The notes under the pieces are model-generated. The model was not told where the DNA came from and did no database searches. It saw nothing but the letters and a program-made list of their open reading frames with translations. The position numbers and the translations under genes are program-made. Shown in pieces: positions 13,690 to 24,100 of a stretch of 64,000 nucleotides of DNA. The stretch comes from Escherichia coli (lineage in GTDB: Bacteria; Pseudomonadota; Gammaproteobacteria; Enterobacterales; Enterobacteriaceae), in the NCBI RefSeq assembly GCF_030384885.1, contig NZ_CP128613.1. One strand, given 5' to 3'. Position 1 is the stretch's first letter. Every line of letters begins with the position of its first letter.

Positions 13690-14493
13690 TTAACGCTTCA
13701 GGGCGTCGCTTAACTCGTCACGCATGTTCGCCAGCATGGCTTTAACAACGCGCGGGTTACCGGCAACGATGTTACCGGTCAGCATGTAGTTATGACCACC
13801 GGTGAAGTCGCTGACGATGCCGCCCGCTTCACGAACCAGTAGCTCACCTGCGGCGAAATCCCACGGACGCAGACCGATTTCAAAGAAACCGTCAACACGA
13901 CCTGCGGCAACGTAAGCCAGATCCAGCGCCGCAGAACCAGTACGACGGAAGTCTGCACATTCGTTGAACAGTTTGCCGACGATGTTGATGTAAGTGGTAG
14001 CGTACTGTTTTGCTTTGAACGGGAAGCCGGTCGCCAGAATAGTACCGTCGAGATCGCGAGCGGTGCTGCCGCGCAGACGGTAGCCGTTCAGCTGTGCGCC
14101 CTGACCGCGAGTCGCGGTGAACAGTTCGTTACGCATAGGATCATAAACCACAGCAACTTCAGTGCGGCCTTTGATACGAACGGCAATAGATACCGCGAAG
14201 TGCGGCAGGCGTTTGATAAAGTTGGTAGTGCCATCCAGTGGATCGATAACCCATTGAACATCCTGATCGGTACCTTCAAGTTCACCGCTTTCTTCGGTGA
14301 TGATGGTGTGCTGTGGGTAAGATTTACGAATCGTGTCGATAATCACCGCTTCGGCAGCTTTATCTACGTTGGTCACGAAATCGTTACTGCCTTTCTGGCT
14401 CGCTTCTACAGCGTCCGGGGTTTCATAGTTTTTGGCAATTAAATTACCCGCCTTGCGCGCTGCGCGCACGGCGATGTTCAGCATCGGATGCAT
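13690..14493 (-). CDS. suhB: Inositol monophosphatase SuhB
   Basis: 267 aa; IMPase motifs (DPLDGT, WDFAAG). Confidence 0.92.
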   Translation of the reverse strand: MHPMLNIAVRAARKAGNLIAKNYETPDAVEASQKGSNDFVTNVDKAAEAVIIDTIRKSYPQHTIITEESGELEGTDQDVQWVIDPLDGTTNFIKRLPHFAVSIAVRIKGRTEVAVVYDPMRNELFTATRGQGAQLNGYRLRGSTARDLDGTILATGFPFKAKQYATTYINIVGKLFNECADFRRTGSAALDLAYVAAGRVDGFFEIGLRPWDFAAGELLVREAGGIVSDFTGGHNYMLTGNIVAGNPRVVKAMLANMRDELSDALKR

Positions 14494-14611
14494 CGGTCTC
14501 TCTCACTGGATGTTAAAGAACGGGAAAACGGCGCAGAGTATAGCAGCGAGATCGGCATCTGTCTTCGTTTTATGATAAGATGCGTGAATAATCTTTAGAT
14601 GAAGAAAGACA

Positions 14612-15352
14612 ATGCTGCAAAATATTCGAATTGTGCTGGTGGAGACGTCACACACCGGCAATATGGGTTCTGTTGCCCGTGCCATGAAAACAATGGGATT
14701 AACCAATCTGTGGCTGGTTAATCCACTAGTGAAACCTGACTCCCAGGCGATTGCTCTGGCAGCAGGGGCCAGCGACGTGATTGGTAATGCTCACATTGTC
14801 GATACGCTCGACGAAGCGTTAGCCGGTTGTAGCCTGGTGGTTGGCACCAGCGCACGTTCCCGCACGCTGCCATGGCCGATGCTCGACCCGCGCGAATGCG
14901 GTTTGAAAAGCGTCGCTGAAGCGGCAAATACGCCGGTGGCACTGGTTTTTGGTCGTGAGCGCGTTGGCTTGACCAATGAAGAGTTGCAAAAGTGCCATTA
15001 TCATGTCGCCATTGCCGCTAACCCGGAATACAGTTCGCTGAACCTGGCGATGGCTGTTCAGGTTATTGCCTATGAAGTGCGCATGGCCTGGCTGGCGACT
15101 CAGGAGAACAGCGAGCAGGTTGAACATGACGAGACGCCGTATCCGCTGGTCGATGATCTGGAACGTTTTTACGGTCATCTTGAACAAACGCTGCTGGCAA
15201 CCGGCTTTATCCGTGAAAACCATCCGGGGCAGGTGATGAATAAGCTGCGTCGTCTGTTTACCCGTGCGCGCCCGGAAAGCCAGGAGTTGAATATCCTGCG
15301 CGGGATTCTGGCTTCTATTGAGCAGCAGAATAAAGGTAACAAGGCCGAATAA
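14612..15352 (+). CDS. trmJ: tRNA (cytidine/uridine-2'-O)-methyltransferase TrmJ (SPOUT)
   Basis: 246 aa; divergent from suhB, immediately upstream of isc operon. Confidence 0.9.
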   Translation: MLQNIRIVLVETSHTGNMGSVARAMKTMGLTNLWLVNPLVKPDSQAIALAAGASDVIGNAHIVDTLDEALAGCSLVVGTSARSRTLPWPMLDPRECGLKSVAEAANTPVALVFGRERVGLTNEELQKCHYHVAIAANPEYSSLNLAMAVQVIAYEVRMAWLATQENSEQVEHDETPYPLVDDLERFYGHLEQTLLATGFIRENHPGQVMNKLRRLFTRARPESQELNILRGILASIEQQNKGNKAE

Positions 15353-15360
15353 CCGAGGTT

Positions 15361-15446
15361 GCCTGATGCGGCGCTTAACGCGTCTTGTCAGGCCTACATT
15401 GTACTGAACCCCTGGTCGGATAAAGTGTTTACGCCGCACCCGACAA
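15361..15446. repeat. REP element cluster between trmJ and iscR
   Basis: gcctgatgcggcgcttaacgcgtcttgtcaggcctac and a second cggataaag...acgccgcacccg unit. Confidence 0.6.
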
Positions 15447-15499
15447 CAGGTACAAACGCCACGATAAAAAAATGGCACTGAAGGTTAAATACCCGACTA

Positions 15500-15585
15500 A
15501 ATCAGTCAAGTAAATAGTTGACCAATTTACTCGGGAATGTCAGACTTGACCCTGCTATGCAATACCCCCACTTTTACAATAAAAA
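15500..15585 (+). promoter_or_regulatory. iscR promoter region with probable IscR autoregulatory operators
   Basis: TTGACC -35-like hexamers (aaatagttgaccaattt, cagacttgaccctgctat) upstream of iscR ATG; IscR autorepression of PiscR is established, exact site boundaries not verified here. Confidence 0.45.
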
Positions 15586-15621
15586 ACCCCGGGCAGGGGC
15601 GAGTTTGAGGTGAAGTAAGAC

Positions 15622-16110
15622 ATGAGACTGACATCTAAAGGGCGCTATGCCGTGACCGCAATGCTTGACGTTGCGCTCAACTCTGAAGCGGGCCCGGTAC
15701 CGTTGGCTGATATTTCCGAACGTCAGGGAATTTCCCTTTCTTATCTGGAACAACTGTTTTCCCGTCTGCGTAAAAATGGTCTGGTTTCCAGCGTACGCGG
15801 ACCAGGCGGTGGTTATCTGTTAGGCAAAGATGCCAGCAGCATCGCCGTTGGCGAAGTGATTAGCGCCGTTGACGAATCTGTAGATGCCACCCGTTGTCAG
15901 GGTAAAGGCGGCTGCCAGGGGGGCGATAAATGCCTGACCCACGCGCTGTGGCGTGATTTGAGCGACCGCCTTACCGGTTTTCTCAACAACATTACTTTAG
16001 GCGAACTGGTTAATAACCAGGAAGTGCTGGATGTATCTGGTCGTCAGCATACTCACGACGCGCCACGCACCCGCACACAAGACGCGATCGACGTTAAGTT
16101 ACGCGCATAA
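15622..16110 (+). CDS. iscR: Fe-S cluster assembly transcriptional regulator IscR (Rrf2 family)
   Basis: 162 aa; Rrf2 HTH and Cys cluster C-x5-C-x5-C ([13 protein letters not shown]). Confidence 0.95.
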
Positions 16111-16225
16111 AAGATAAAAAGTATTCAGAATCAGGCCGGGGCGTCTCGCGCTCCGTAAACACGGTCGTACATCCAGCCGGTAGCCTGGTTCCTTGCATTG
16201 AGTGATGTACGGAGTTTATAGAGCA

Positions 16226-17440
16226 ATGAAATTACCGATTTATCTCGACTACTCCGCAACCACGCCGGTGGACCCGCGTGTTGCCGAGAAAATGATGCAG
16301 TTTATGACGATGGACGGAACCTTTGGTAACCCGGCCTCCCGTTCTCACCGTTTCGGCTGGCAGGCTGAAGAAGCGGTAGATATCGCTCGTAATCAGATTG
16401 CCGATCTGGTTGGCGCTGATCCGCGTGAAATTGTCTTTACCTCTGGTGCTACCGAATCTGACAACCTGGCGATCAAAGGTGCTGCTAACTTTTATCAGAA
16501 AAAAGGCAAGCACATCATCACCAGCAAAACCGAACACAAAGCGGTACTGGATACCTGCCGTCAGCTGGAGCGCGAAGGTTTTGAAGTCACTTACCTGGCA
16601 CCGCAGCGTAACGGTATTATCGACCTGAAAGAACTCGAAGCAGCGATGCGTGATGACACCATCCTTGTTTCCATCATGCACGTAAATAACGAAATCGGCG
16701 TGGTGCAGGATATCGCGGCTATCGGCGAAATGTGCCGTGCTCGTGGCATTATCTATCACGTTGATGCAACCCAGAGCGTGGGCAAACTGCCTATCGACCT
16801 GAGCCAGTTGAAAGTTGACCTGATGTCTTTCTCCGGTCACAAAATCTACGGCCCGAAAGGTATCGGTGCGCTGTATGTGCGTCGTAAACCGCGTGTACGT
16901 ATCGAAGCACAAATGCACGGCGGCGGTCACGAGCGCGGTATGCGTTCCGGTACTCTGCCTGTTCACCAGATCGTCGGGATGGGCGAAGCCTATCGCATCG
17001 CAAAAGAAGAGATGGCGACCGAGATGGAACGTTTGCGCGGCCTGCGTAACCGTCTGTGGAACGGCATCAAAGATATCGAAGAAGTTTACCTGAACGGTGA
17101 CCTGGAACACGGTGCGCCGAACATTCTCAACGTCAGCTTCAATTACGTTGAAGGTGAGTCGCTGATTATGGCACTGAAAGACCTCGCGGTTTCTTCCGGT
17201 TCCGCCTGTACGTCAGCAAGCCTCGAACCGTCCTACGTGCTGCGCGCGCTGGGGCTGAACGACGAGCTGGCACATAGCTCTATCCGTTTCTCTTTAGGTC
17301 GTTTTACTACTGAAGAAGAGATCGACTACACCATCGAGTTAGTTCGTAAATCCATCGGTCGTCTGCGTGACCTTTCTCCGCTGTGGGAAATGTACAAGCA
17401 GGGCGTGGATCTGAACAGCATCGAATGGGCTCATCATTAA
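16226..17440 (+). CDS. iscS: Cysteine desulfurase IscS (PLP-dependent)
   Basis: 404 aa from ATG 16226 ([14 protein letters not shown]...); PLP lysine motif [12 protein letters not shown]; active-site SSGSACTS. Confidence 0.95.
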
Positions 17441-17467
17441 TCGGTATCGGAATCAGGAGAATTTATA

Positions 17468-17854
17468 ATGGCTTACAGTGAAAAAGTTATCGACCATTAC
17501 GAGAATCCGCGTAACGTGGGTTCCTTTGACAACAACGACGAGAACGTCGGCAGCGGCATGGTGGGTGCACCGGCCTGTGGCGACGTGATGAAGTTGCAGA
17601 TTAAAGTCAATGATGAAGGTATCATTGAAGACGCGCGTTTTAAAACTTACGGCTGCGGTTCCGCTATCGCTTCCAGCTCCCTGGTCACCGAATGGGTGAA
17701 AGGGAAGTCTCTCGACGAAGCACAGGCGATCAAAAACACCGATATTGCTGAAGAACTTGAACTGCCGCCGGTGAAAATTCACTGTTCTATTCTGGCAGAA
17801 GACGCGATCAAAGCCGCCATTGCGGACTATAAAAGCAAACGTGAAGCAAAATAA
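17468..17854 (+). CDS. iscU: Fe-S cluster scaffold IscU
   Basis: 128 aa; GAPACGD, LPPVK motifs. Confidence 0.95.
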   Translation: MAYSEKVIDHYENPRNVGSFDNNDENVGSGMVGAPACGDVMKLQIKVNDEGIIEDARFKTYGCGSAIASSSLVTEWVKGKSLDEAQAIKNTDIAEELELPPVKIHCSILAEDAIKAAIADYKSKREAK

Positions 17855-17870
17855 GAGTTGAGGTTTGGTT

Positions 17871-18194
17871 ATGTCGATTACACTGAGCGACAGTGCAGCA
17901 GCGCGAGTAAATACCTTTCTGGCTAACCGCGGCAAAGGGTTTGGCCTGCGTCTGGGTGTGAGAACCTCCGGATGTTCAGGTATGGCTTATGTACTGGAAT
18001 TTGTTGACGAACCGACGCCGGAAGACATCGTGTTTGAAGACAAAGGCGTGAAAGTCGTGGTCGATGGCAAAAGCCTGCAATTTCTGGACGGTACGCAACT
18101 GGATTTCGTAAAAGAAGGCCTGAACGAAGGGTTTAAATTTACCAACCCGAACGTCAAAGATGAGTGTGGTTGCGGCGAAAGCTTTCACGTTTGA
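17871..18194 (+). CDS. iscA: Fe-S carrier (A-type) IscA
   Basis: 107 aa from ATG 17871; C-terminal CGCGESF motif. Confidence 0.95.
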   Translation: MSITLSDSAAARVNTFLANRGKGFGLRLGVRTSGCSGMAYVLEFVDEPTPEDIVFEDKGVKVVVDGKSLQFLDGTQLDFVKEGLNEGFKFTNPNVKDECGCGESFHV

Positions 18195-18289
18195 TGCGCA
18201 TACCGATAACCCCACCGTGGTCAGCTGCGCGTGGGGTTTGTTTTACCTGATTCGTCGTTATTGCGGCGGATCGCAGCCCTGAGAATGTT

Positions 18290-18805
18290 ATGGATTACTT
18301 CACCCTCTTTGGCTTGCCTGCCCGTTATCAACTCGATACCCAGGCACTGAGCCTGCGTTTTCAGGATCTACAACGTCAGTATCATCCTGATAAATTCGCC
18401 AGCGGAAGCCAGGCGGAACAACTCGCCGCCGTACAGCAATCTGCAACCATTAACCAGGCCTGGCAAACGCTGCGTCATCCGTTAATGCGCGCGGAATATT
18501 TACTTTCTTTGCACGGTTTTGATCTCGCCAGCGAGCAGCATACTGTGCGCGACACCGCGTTCCTGATGGAACAGCTGGAGCTTCGCGAAGAACTGGACGA
18601 GATCGAACAGGCGAAAGATGAAGCACGGCTGGAAAGCTTTATCAAACGTGTGAAAAAGATGTTTGATACCCGCCATCAGTTGATGGTTGAACAGTTAGAC
18701 AACGAGACGTGGGACGCGGCGGCGGATACCGTGCGTAAGCTGCGTTTTCTCGATAAACTGCGAAGCAGTGCCGAACAACTCGAAGAAAAACTGCTCGATT
18801 TTTAA
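18290..18805 (+). CDS. hscB: Co-chaperone HscB (J-domain)
   Basis: 171 aa; J-domain HPD motif (QYHPDKF). Confidence 0.95.
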   Translation: MDYFTLFGLPARYQLDTQALSLRFQDLQRQYHPDKFASGSQAEQLAAVQQSATINQAWQTLRHPLMRAEYLLSLHGFDLASEQHTVRDTAFLMEQLELREELDEIEQAKDEARLESFIKRVKKMFDTRHQLMVEQLDNETWDAAADTVRKLRFLDKLRSSAEQLEEKLLDF

Positions 18806-18821
18806 TTTCTGGAAGCTAAAC

Positions 18822-20672
18822 ATGGCCTTATTACAAATTAGTGAACCTGGTTTGAGTGCTGCGCCGCATCAGCGTCGTCTGGCGGCCGGTATTGACCTGG
18901 GCACAACCAACTCGCTGGTGGCGACAGTGCGCAGCGGTCAGGCCGAAACGTTAGCCGACCATGAAGGCCGTCACCTGCTGCCCTCTGTTGTTCATTATCA
19001 ACAGCAAGGGCATTCGGTGGGTTATGACGCGCGTACTAACGCAGCGCTTGACACCGCCAACACCATTAGTTCTGTTAAACGCCTGATGGGGCGCTCGCTG
19101 GCTGATATCCAGCAACGCTATCCGCATCTGCCTTATCAATTCCAGGCCAGCGAAAACGGCCTGCCGATGATTGAAACGGCGGCGGGGCTGCTGAACCCGG
19201 TGCGCGTTTCTGCGGACATCCTCAAAGCACTGGCGGCGCGGGCAACTGAAGCCCTGGCAGGCGAGCTGGATGGTGTCGTTATCACCGTTCCGGCGTACTT
19301 TGACGATGCCCAGCGTCAGGGCACCAAAGACGCGGCGCGTCTGGCGGGGCTACATGTTCTGCGCTTGCTTAACGAACCGACCGCTGCGGCTATCGCCTAC
19401 GGGCTGGATTCCGGTCAGGAAGGCGTGATCGCCGTTTATGACCTCGGTGGCGGGACGTTTGATATTTCCATTCTGCGCTTAAGTCGCGGCGTGTTTGAAG
19501 TGCTGGCAACCGGCGGTGATTCCGCGCTCGGCGGCGATGATTTCGACCATCTGCTGGCGGATTATATTCGCGAACAGGCGGGCATTCCTGACCGTAGCGA
19601 TAACCGCGTTCAGCGTGAACTGCTGGATGCCGCCATTGCGGCCAAAATCGCGCTGAGCGATGCGGACTCTGTGACCGTGAATGTTGCGTGCTGGCAGGGT
19701 GAAATCAGCCGTGAACAATTCAACGAACTGATCGCGCCACTGGTAAAACGAACCTTACTGGCTTGTCGTCGTGCGCTGAAAGACGCGGGCGTTGAGGCTG
19801 ACGACGTACTGGAAGTGGTGATGGTTGGTGGTTCTACTCGTGTGCCGCTGGTGCGTGAACGGGTGGGTGAATTTTTCGGTCGTCCACCGCTGACTTCCAT
19901 CGACCCGGATAAAGTCGTCGCTATTGGCGCGGCGATTCAGGCGGATATTCTGGTGGGTAACAAGCCGGACAGCGAAATGCTGTTGCTTGATGTGATCCCG
20001 CTGTCGCTGGGCCTGGAAACCATGGGCGGCCTGGTGGAGAAAGTGATCCCGCGTAACACCACAATTCCGGTGGCCCGCGCCCAGGATTTCACCACCTTTA
20101 AAGATGGTCAGACGGCGATGTCTATCCATGTAATGCAGGGTGAGCGTGAGCTGGTGCAGGACTGCCGCTCGCTGGCGCGTTTTGCGCTGCGTGGTATTCC
20201 GGCGCTACCGGCTGGCGGCGCGCATATTCGCGTAACGTTTCAGGTCGATGCTGATGGTCTTTTGAGCGTGACGGCGATGGAGAAATCCACCGGCGTTGAG
20301 GCGTCTATTCAGGTTAAACCGTCTTATGGTCTGACCGACAGTGAAATCGCCTCGATGATCAAAGACTCAATGAGCTATGCCGAGCAGGACGTAAAAGCCC
20401 GTATGCTGGCTGAACAAAAAGTAGAAGCGGCGCGTGTGCTGGAAAGTTTGCACGGCGCGCTGGCTGCTGATGCCGCGCTGTTAAGCGCCGCAGAACGTCA
20501 GGTCATTGACGATGCTGCCGCTCACCTGAGTGAAGTGGCGCAGGGCGATGATGTTGACGCCATCGAACAAGCGATTAAAAACGTAGACAAACAAACCCAG
20601 GATTTCGCCGCTCGCCGCATGGACCAGTCGGTTCGTCGTGCGCTGAAGGGCCATTCCGTGGACGAGGTTTAA
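18822..20672 (+). CDS. hscA: Hsp70-type chaperone HscA
   Basis: 616 aa from ATG 18822 ([10 protein letters not shown]...); Hsp70 ATPase motifs [16 protein letters not shown]. Confidence 0.95.
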   Translation: MALLQISEPGLSAAPHQRRLAAGIDLGTTNSLVATVRSGQAETLADHEGRHLLPSVVHYQQQGHSVGYDARTNAALDTANTISSVKRLMGRSLADIQQRYPHLPYQFQASENGLPMIETAAGLLNPVRVSADILKALAARATEALAGELDGVVITVPAYFDDAQRQGTKDAARLAGLHVLRLLNEPTAAAIAYGLDSGQEGVIAVYDLGGGTFDISILRLSRGVFEVLATGGDSALGGDDFDHLLADYIREQAGIPDRSDNRVQRELLDAAIAAKIALSDADSVTVNVACWQGEISREQFNELIAPLVKRTLLACRRALKDAGVEADDVLEVVMVGGSTRVPLVRERVGEFFGRPPLTSIDPDKVVAIGAAIQADILVGNKPDSEMLLLDVIPLSLGLETMGGLVEKVIPRNTTIPVARAQDFTTFKDGQTAMSIHVMQGERELVQDCRSLARFALRGIPALPAGGAHIRVTFQVDADGLLSVTAMEKSTGVEASIQVKPSYGLTDSEIASMIKDSMSYAEQDVKARMLAEQKVEAARVLESLHGALAADAALLSAAERQVIDDAAAHLSEVAQGDDVDAIEQAIKNVDKQTQDFAARRMDQSVRRALKGHSVDEV

Positions 20673-20673
20673 T

Positions 20674-21009
20674 ATGCCAAAGATTGTTATTTTGCCTCAT
20701 CAGGATCTCTGTCCTGATGGCGCTGTTCTGGAAGCGAATAGCGGTGAAACCATTCTCGACGTTGCGCTGCGTAACGGCATCGAGATTGAACACGCCTGTG
20801 AAAAATCCTGTGCTTGCACCACCTGCCACTGCATCGTTCGTGAAGGTTTTGATTCGCTGCCGGAAAGCTCAGAGCAGGAAGACGACATGCTGGACAAAGC
20901 CTGGGGGCTGGAGCCGGAAAGCCGTTTAAGCTGCCAGGCGCGCGTTACCGACGAAGATTTAGTGGTCGAAATTCCGCGTTACACTATCAACCATGCGCGT
21001 GAGCATTAA
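20674..21009 (+). CDS. fdx: [2Fe-2S] ferredoxin Fdx
   Basis: 111 aa; Cys ligands [12 protein letters not shown]...C. Confidence 0.95.
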
Positions 21010-21020
21010 CAGAGGTTAGT

Positions 21021-21221
21021 ATGGGACTTAAGTGGACCGATAGCCGCGAAATTGGCGAAGCACTGTACGATGCATATCCCGATCTTGATCCGAAAACGGT
21101 TCGATTCACCGATATGCATCAGTGGATTTGCGATCTGGAAGATTTCGACGACGACCCGCAGGCGTCCAACGAGAAAATCCTCGAAGCGATTTTATTAGTC
21201 TGGCTGGACGAAGCCGAGTGA
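21021..21221 (+). CDS. iscX: Fe-S assembly protein IscX
   Basis: 66 aa acidic protein ([21 protein letters not shown]...). Confidence 0.9.
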
Positions 21222-21398
21222 TTTCCGCGTCATGCTTCACGCCGCAGATGCGTTGGCTGCGCTCGTTCACCCCAGTCACATAGTTATCTATGCTCCTGGG
21301 GCTTCACTCACTTGCCGCCTTCCTGCAACGCGAATCATTTAGCGGAAAAATCCTGGGGCTGCCAACTGGCGGCCCTTTTACAAATAAGGATAACTAAA

Positions 21399-22682
21399 AT
21401 GACAGAAGCGATGAAGATTACCCTCTCGACCCAACCTGCCGACGCGCGCTGGGGAGAAAAAGCGACTTACAGCATTAATAATGATGGTATTACCCTGCAT
21501 TTGAACGAGGCAGACGATCTGGGGCTGATCCAGCGTGCGGCGCGCAAGATTGACGGTCTGGGCATCAAGCATGTTCAGCTAAGCGGTGAAGGCTGGGATG
21601 CGGATCGTTGCTGGGCATTCTGGCAAGGTTACAAAGCCCCGAAAGGCACGCGTAAAGTGGAGTGGCCGGATCTGGACGATGCCCAGCGCCAGGAACTGGA
21701 TAACCGCCTGATGATCATCGACTGGGTGCGTGACACCATCAACGCACCAGCAGAAGAACTGGGGCCATCGCAACTGGCACAGCGTGCTGTTGATCTGATC
21801 AGCAACGTCGCAGGCGATCGTGTGACTTACCGGATCACCAAAGGTGAAGATCTTCGTGATCAAGGTTATATGGGGCTGCACACTGTCGGGCGTGGTTCAG
21901 AACGTTCCCCGGTATTGCTGGCGCTGGATTACAACCCAACTGGCGATAAAGAAGCGCCGGTGTACGCGTGCCTGGTAGGTAAAGGCATCACCTTTGATTC
22001 CGGCGGCTACAGCATCAAACAGACCGCGTTTATGGACTCAATGAAGTCTGACATGGGCGGTGCGGCAACGGTTACCGGGGCGCTGGCATTTGCCATTACG
22101 CGCGGTCTGAACAAGCGCGTGAAGCTGTTCCTCTGCTGTGCGGATAACCTGATTAGCGGCAACGCGTTCAAACTGGGCGATATCATTACCTATCGCAACG
22201 GTAAAAAAGTCGAAGTCATGAACACCGATGCGGAAGGGCGTCTGGTTCTGGCAGATGGCCTGATTGACGCCAGTGCGCAGAAACCGGAACTGATTATCGA
22301 TGCCGCGACACTCACCGGTGCGGCGAAAACCGCGCTGGGTAATGATTATCACGCGCTGTTCAGTTTTGACGATGCGTTGGCCAGTCGCCTACTGGAGAGT
22401 GCCGCCCAGGAGAACGAACCGTTCTGGCGTCTGCCGCTGGCGGAGTTCCACCGTAGCCAGCTGCCATCTAACTTTGCGGAACTGAACAATACCGGAAGCG
22501 CGGCGTATCCGGCGGGTGCAAGTACGGCGGCGGGCTTCCTGTCGCACTTTGTTGAGAACTATAAACAAGGTTGGCTGCATATCGACTGTTCGGCGACTTA
22601 CCGTAAAGCACCAGTTGAACAGTGGTCTGCGGGTGCGACCGGGCTGGGTGTGCGCACGATTGCTAATCTGTTAACGGCGTAA
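21399..22682 (+). CDS. pepB: Peptidase B (M17 leucyl aminopeptidase family)
   Basis: 427 aa from ATG 21399 ([10 protein letters not shown]...); M17 motif NTDAEGRL. Confidence 0.9.
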   Translation: MTEAMKITLSTQPADARWGEKATYSINNDGITLHLNEADDLGLIQRAARKIDGLGIKHVQLSGEGWDADRCWAFWQGYKAPKGTRKVEWPDLDDAQRQELDNRLMIIDWVRDTINAPAEELGPSQLAQRAVDLISNVAGDRVTYRITKGEDLRDQGYMGLHTVGRGSERSPVLLALDYNPTGDKEAPVYACLVGKGITFDSGGYSIKQTAFMDSMKSDMGGAATVTGALAFAITRGLNKRVKLFLCCADNLISGNAFKLGDIITYRNGKKVEVMNTDAEGRLVLADGLIDASAQKPELIIDAATLTGAAKTALGNDYHALFSFDDALASRLLESAAQENEPFWRLPLAEFHRSQLPSNFAELNNTGSAAYPAGASTAAGFLSHFVENYKQGWLHIDCSATYRKAPVEQWSAGATGLGVRTIANLLTA

Positions 22683-22690
22683 ACTAATAT

Positions 22691-22789
22691 GCCGGATGCG
22701 GCGTAAACGCCTTATCCGACCTACAAAGTATTGTGAATTCAAAAAATTGCGATTCCCTTGTTGGCCTGATAAGCGTAGCGCATCAGGCA
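22691..22789. repeat. REP elements (two units) between pepB and sseB
   Basis: gccggatgcggcgtaaacgccttatccgacctac and ggcctgataagcgtagcgcatcaggca. Confidence 0.65.
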
Positions 22790-22824
22790 CTTGTGCCCCG
22801 AACATTGAATGAATTGTGGTTCTT

Positions 22825-23601
22825 ATGTCCGAAACAAAAAACGAACTTGAAGACCTGCTGGAAAAAGCAGCAACCGAACCGGCGCACCGCCCGGCCTTTT
22901 TCCGTACTCTACTGGAATCCACTGTCTGGGTACCAGGTACGGCGGCGCAGGGCGAGGCAGTGGCTGAAGATAGCGCGCTTGATTTACAGCACTGGGAAAA
23001 AGAAGACGGTACCAGCGTCATTCCTTTTTTCACCTCGTTAGAAGCACTGAAACAGGCGGTTGAAGACGAACAGGCGTTTGTCGTAATGCCCGTTCGCACA
23101 CTGTTTGAGATGACCCTTGGCGAAACGCTCTTCCTTAATGCCAAATTGCCAACCGGTAAAGAGTTTATGCCGCGTGAAATCAGTTTGTTGATTGGTGAAG
23201 AAGGAAATCCGCTGAGTAGTCAGGAAGTACTGGAAGGCGGTGAATCGCTGATATTATCGGAAGTCGCAGAGCCGCCAGCGCAAATGATTGATTCACTCAC
23301 CACCTTATTTAAAACCATTAAGCCGGTGAAGCGTGCTTTTATTTGTTCAATTAAAGAGAACGAAGAGGCACAGCCTAATTTACTTATTGGTATTGAAGCC
23401 GATGGCGATATCGAAGAAATTATTCAGGCGGCGGGAAGTGTAGCGACCGATACATTACCTGGTGATGAACCAATAGATATTTGCCAGGTGAAAAAAGGGG
23501 AAAAAGGAATTAGCCACTTTATTACCGAACATATTGCGCCATTCTATGAACGTCGCTGGGGTGGATTCCTGCGTGATTTTAAACAGAATCGAATAATTTA
23601 A
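22825..23601 (+). CDS. sseB: Rhodanese-enhancing protein SseB
   Basis: 258 aa from ATG 22825 (MSETKNELEDLL...); the track ORF starts 3 codons earlier at GTG. Confidence 0.8.
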   Translation: MSETKNELEDLLEKAATEPAHRPAFFRTLLESTVWVPGTAAQGEAVAEDSALDLQHWEKEDGTSVIPFFTSLEALKQAVEDEQAFVVMPVRTLFEMTLGETLFLNAKLPTGKEFMPREISLLIGEEGNPLSSQEVLEGGESLILSEVAEPPAQMIDSLTTLFKTIKPVKRAFICSIKENEEAQPNLLIGIEADGDIEEIIQAAGSVATDTLPGDEPIDICQVKKGEKGISHFITEHIAPFYERRWGGFLRDFKQNRII

Positions 23602-23603
23602 AA

Positions 23604-23628
23604 TATGCCGCCCCAAAGGGCGGCATTC
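23604..23628 (-). terminator. Hairpin terminator at 3' end of minus-strand ryfA transcript (also follows sseB)
   Basis: gccgcccc-aaa-gggcggc stem-loop; U-rich tract follows on the minus-strand RNA. Confidence 0.5.
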
Positions 23629-23905
23629 GGGCTTACTTGCTGTTCTGAAGGTTGTTAACCATCAGTAAATTGTTGCCGGAGGGACTCCGGTTATTATTTA
23701 CTTCGGAAAACAGCGCACCAGAAACAATAAGTACGATACAGAAGTACCGTATCTTCATTGTGCGGTCCATGCGAAGACCGCATCACGACAGCACCACTGG
23801 CGATATTGCCGCGATAGCAAGCGCTGTGGGGTGCCTGCATTTACGGTCATGGAACATCCTTTCCTAAAGCCAGCGCCCGTTTGCGAGACGGCGAAAAGGG
23901 CCGTC
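23625..23905 (-). ncRNA. ryfA: ryfA small RNA / mRNA of small toxic protein (boundaries approximate)
   Basis: Conserved sseB-sseA spacer of about 500 bp; K-12 ryfA maps between sseA and sseB; contains a minus-strand small hydrophobic ORF and ends at hairpin 23606-23623; 5' end not determinable from sequence. Confidence 0.5.
23632..23769 (-). CDS. Small hydrophobic protein, type I toxin-like (TimP-like), inside ryfA
   Basis: My own minus-strand translation: MDRTMKIRYFCIVLIVSGALFSEVNNNRSPSGNNLLMVNNLQNSK (45 codons; alternative start at second Met gives 41 aa); single predicted TM/signal-like segment; below the 60-aa cutoff of the ORF track; weak SD. Confidence 0.4.
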
Positions 23906-23984
23906 ACGAATAATACTCTCATATTTGAATAATTACTCTATTTATTATCTTGACTTAGCCAGGCATAAAAGACAGTATTTCAAT

Positions 23985-24084
23985 ACTGTGGGGTGCCTGC
24001 GTTGCTCCGGCAACACAAGTCAACCTGCTGGAAAGGCCGCGAACCAGACCAGCAATAAAAAACCGCCAAATTCGGCGGTTTTTT
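23985..24084 (+). ncRNA. Candidate plus-strand sRNA divergent from ryfA (antitoxin-like, TimR/RyfB-like), ending at terminator
   Basis: ttgact -35-like hexamer at 23949-23954; transcript would begin near the 15-nt box CTGTGGGGTGCCTGC (23985-23999) and end at hairpin+T-run 24063-24083; inference only. Confidence 0.3.
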
Positions 24085-24086
24085 AT
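24054..24086. terminator. Bidirectional rho-independent terminator (sseA 3' end / plus-strand sRNA)
   Basis: aaaaaaccgccaaattcggcggtttttt: GC stem flanked by A-run and T-run. Confidence 0.65.
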
Positions 24087-24100
24087 TGCCTGTAAAAAGC

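Noticed and set aside
16111-16225. iscR-iscS spacer considered as a discrete sRNA or REP-stabilised structure
   Set aside because: I could not identify a convincing stable hairpin by eye; the region is known to be a RyhB target and structured, but I cannot define a feature from sequence alone without folding software
16232-17110. 292-aa minus-strand ORF antisense to iscS; similar long antisense ORFs at 46557..47972 (guaB), 42736..44091 (sinH-like), 48086..48949 (guaA), 14819..15478 (trmJ), 1217..2047 (yphD), 35668..36246 and 36304..36801 (ispG), 59872..60547 (upp)
   Set aside because: Each lies fully within a sense-strand gene encoding a well-recognised conserved protein with intact motifs; their amino-acid compositions (Arg/Ser/Thr/His-rich, no recognisable motifs) are typical of antisense read-through
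23652-23867. 71-aa plus-strand ORF in the sseB-sseA spacer
   Set aside because: No RBS, hydrophilic low-complexity product, and it overlaps the ryfA locus on the opposite strand, where a far more plausible small hydrophobic ORF and RNA structures exist
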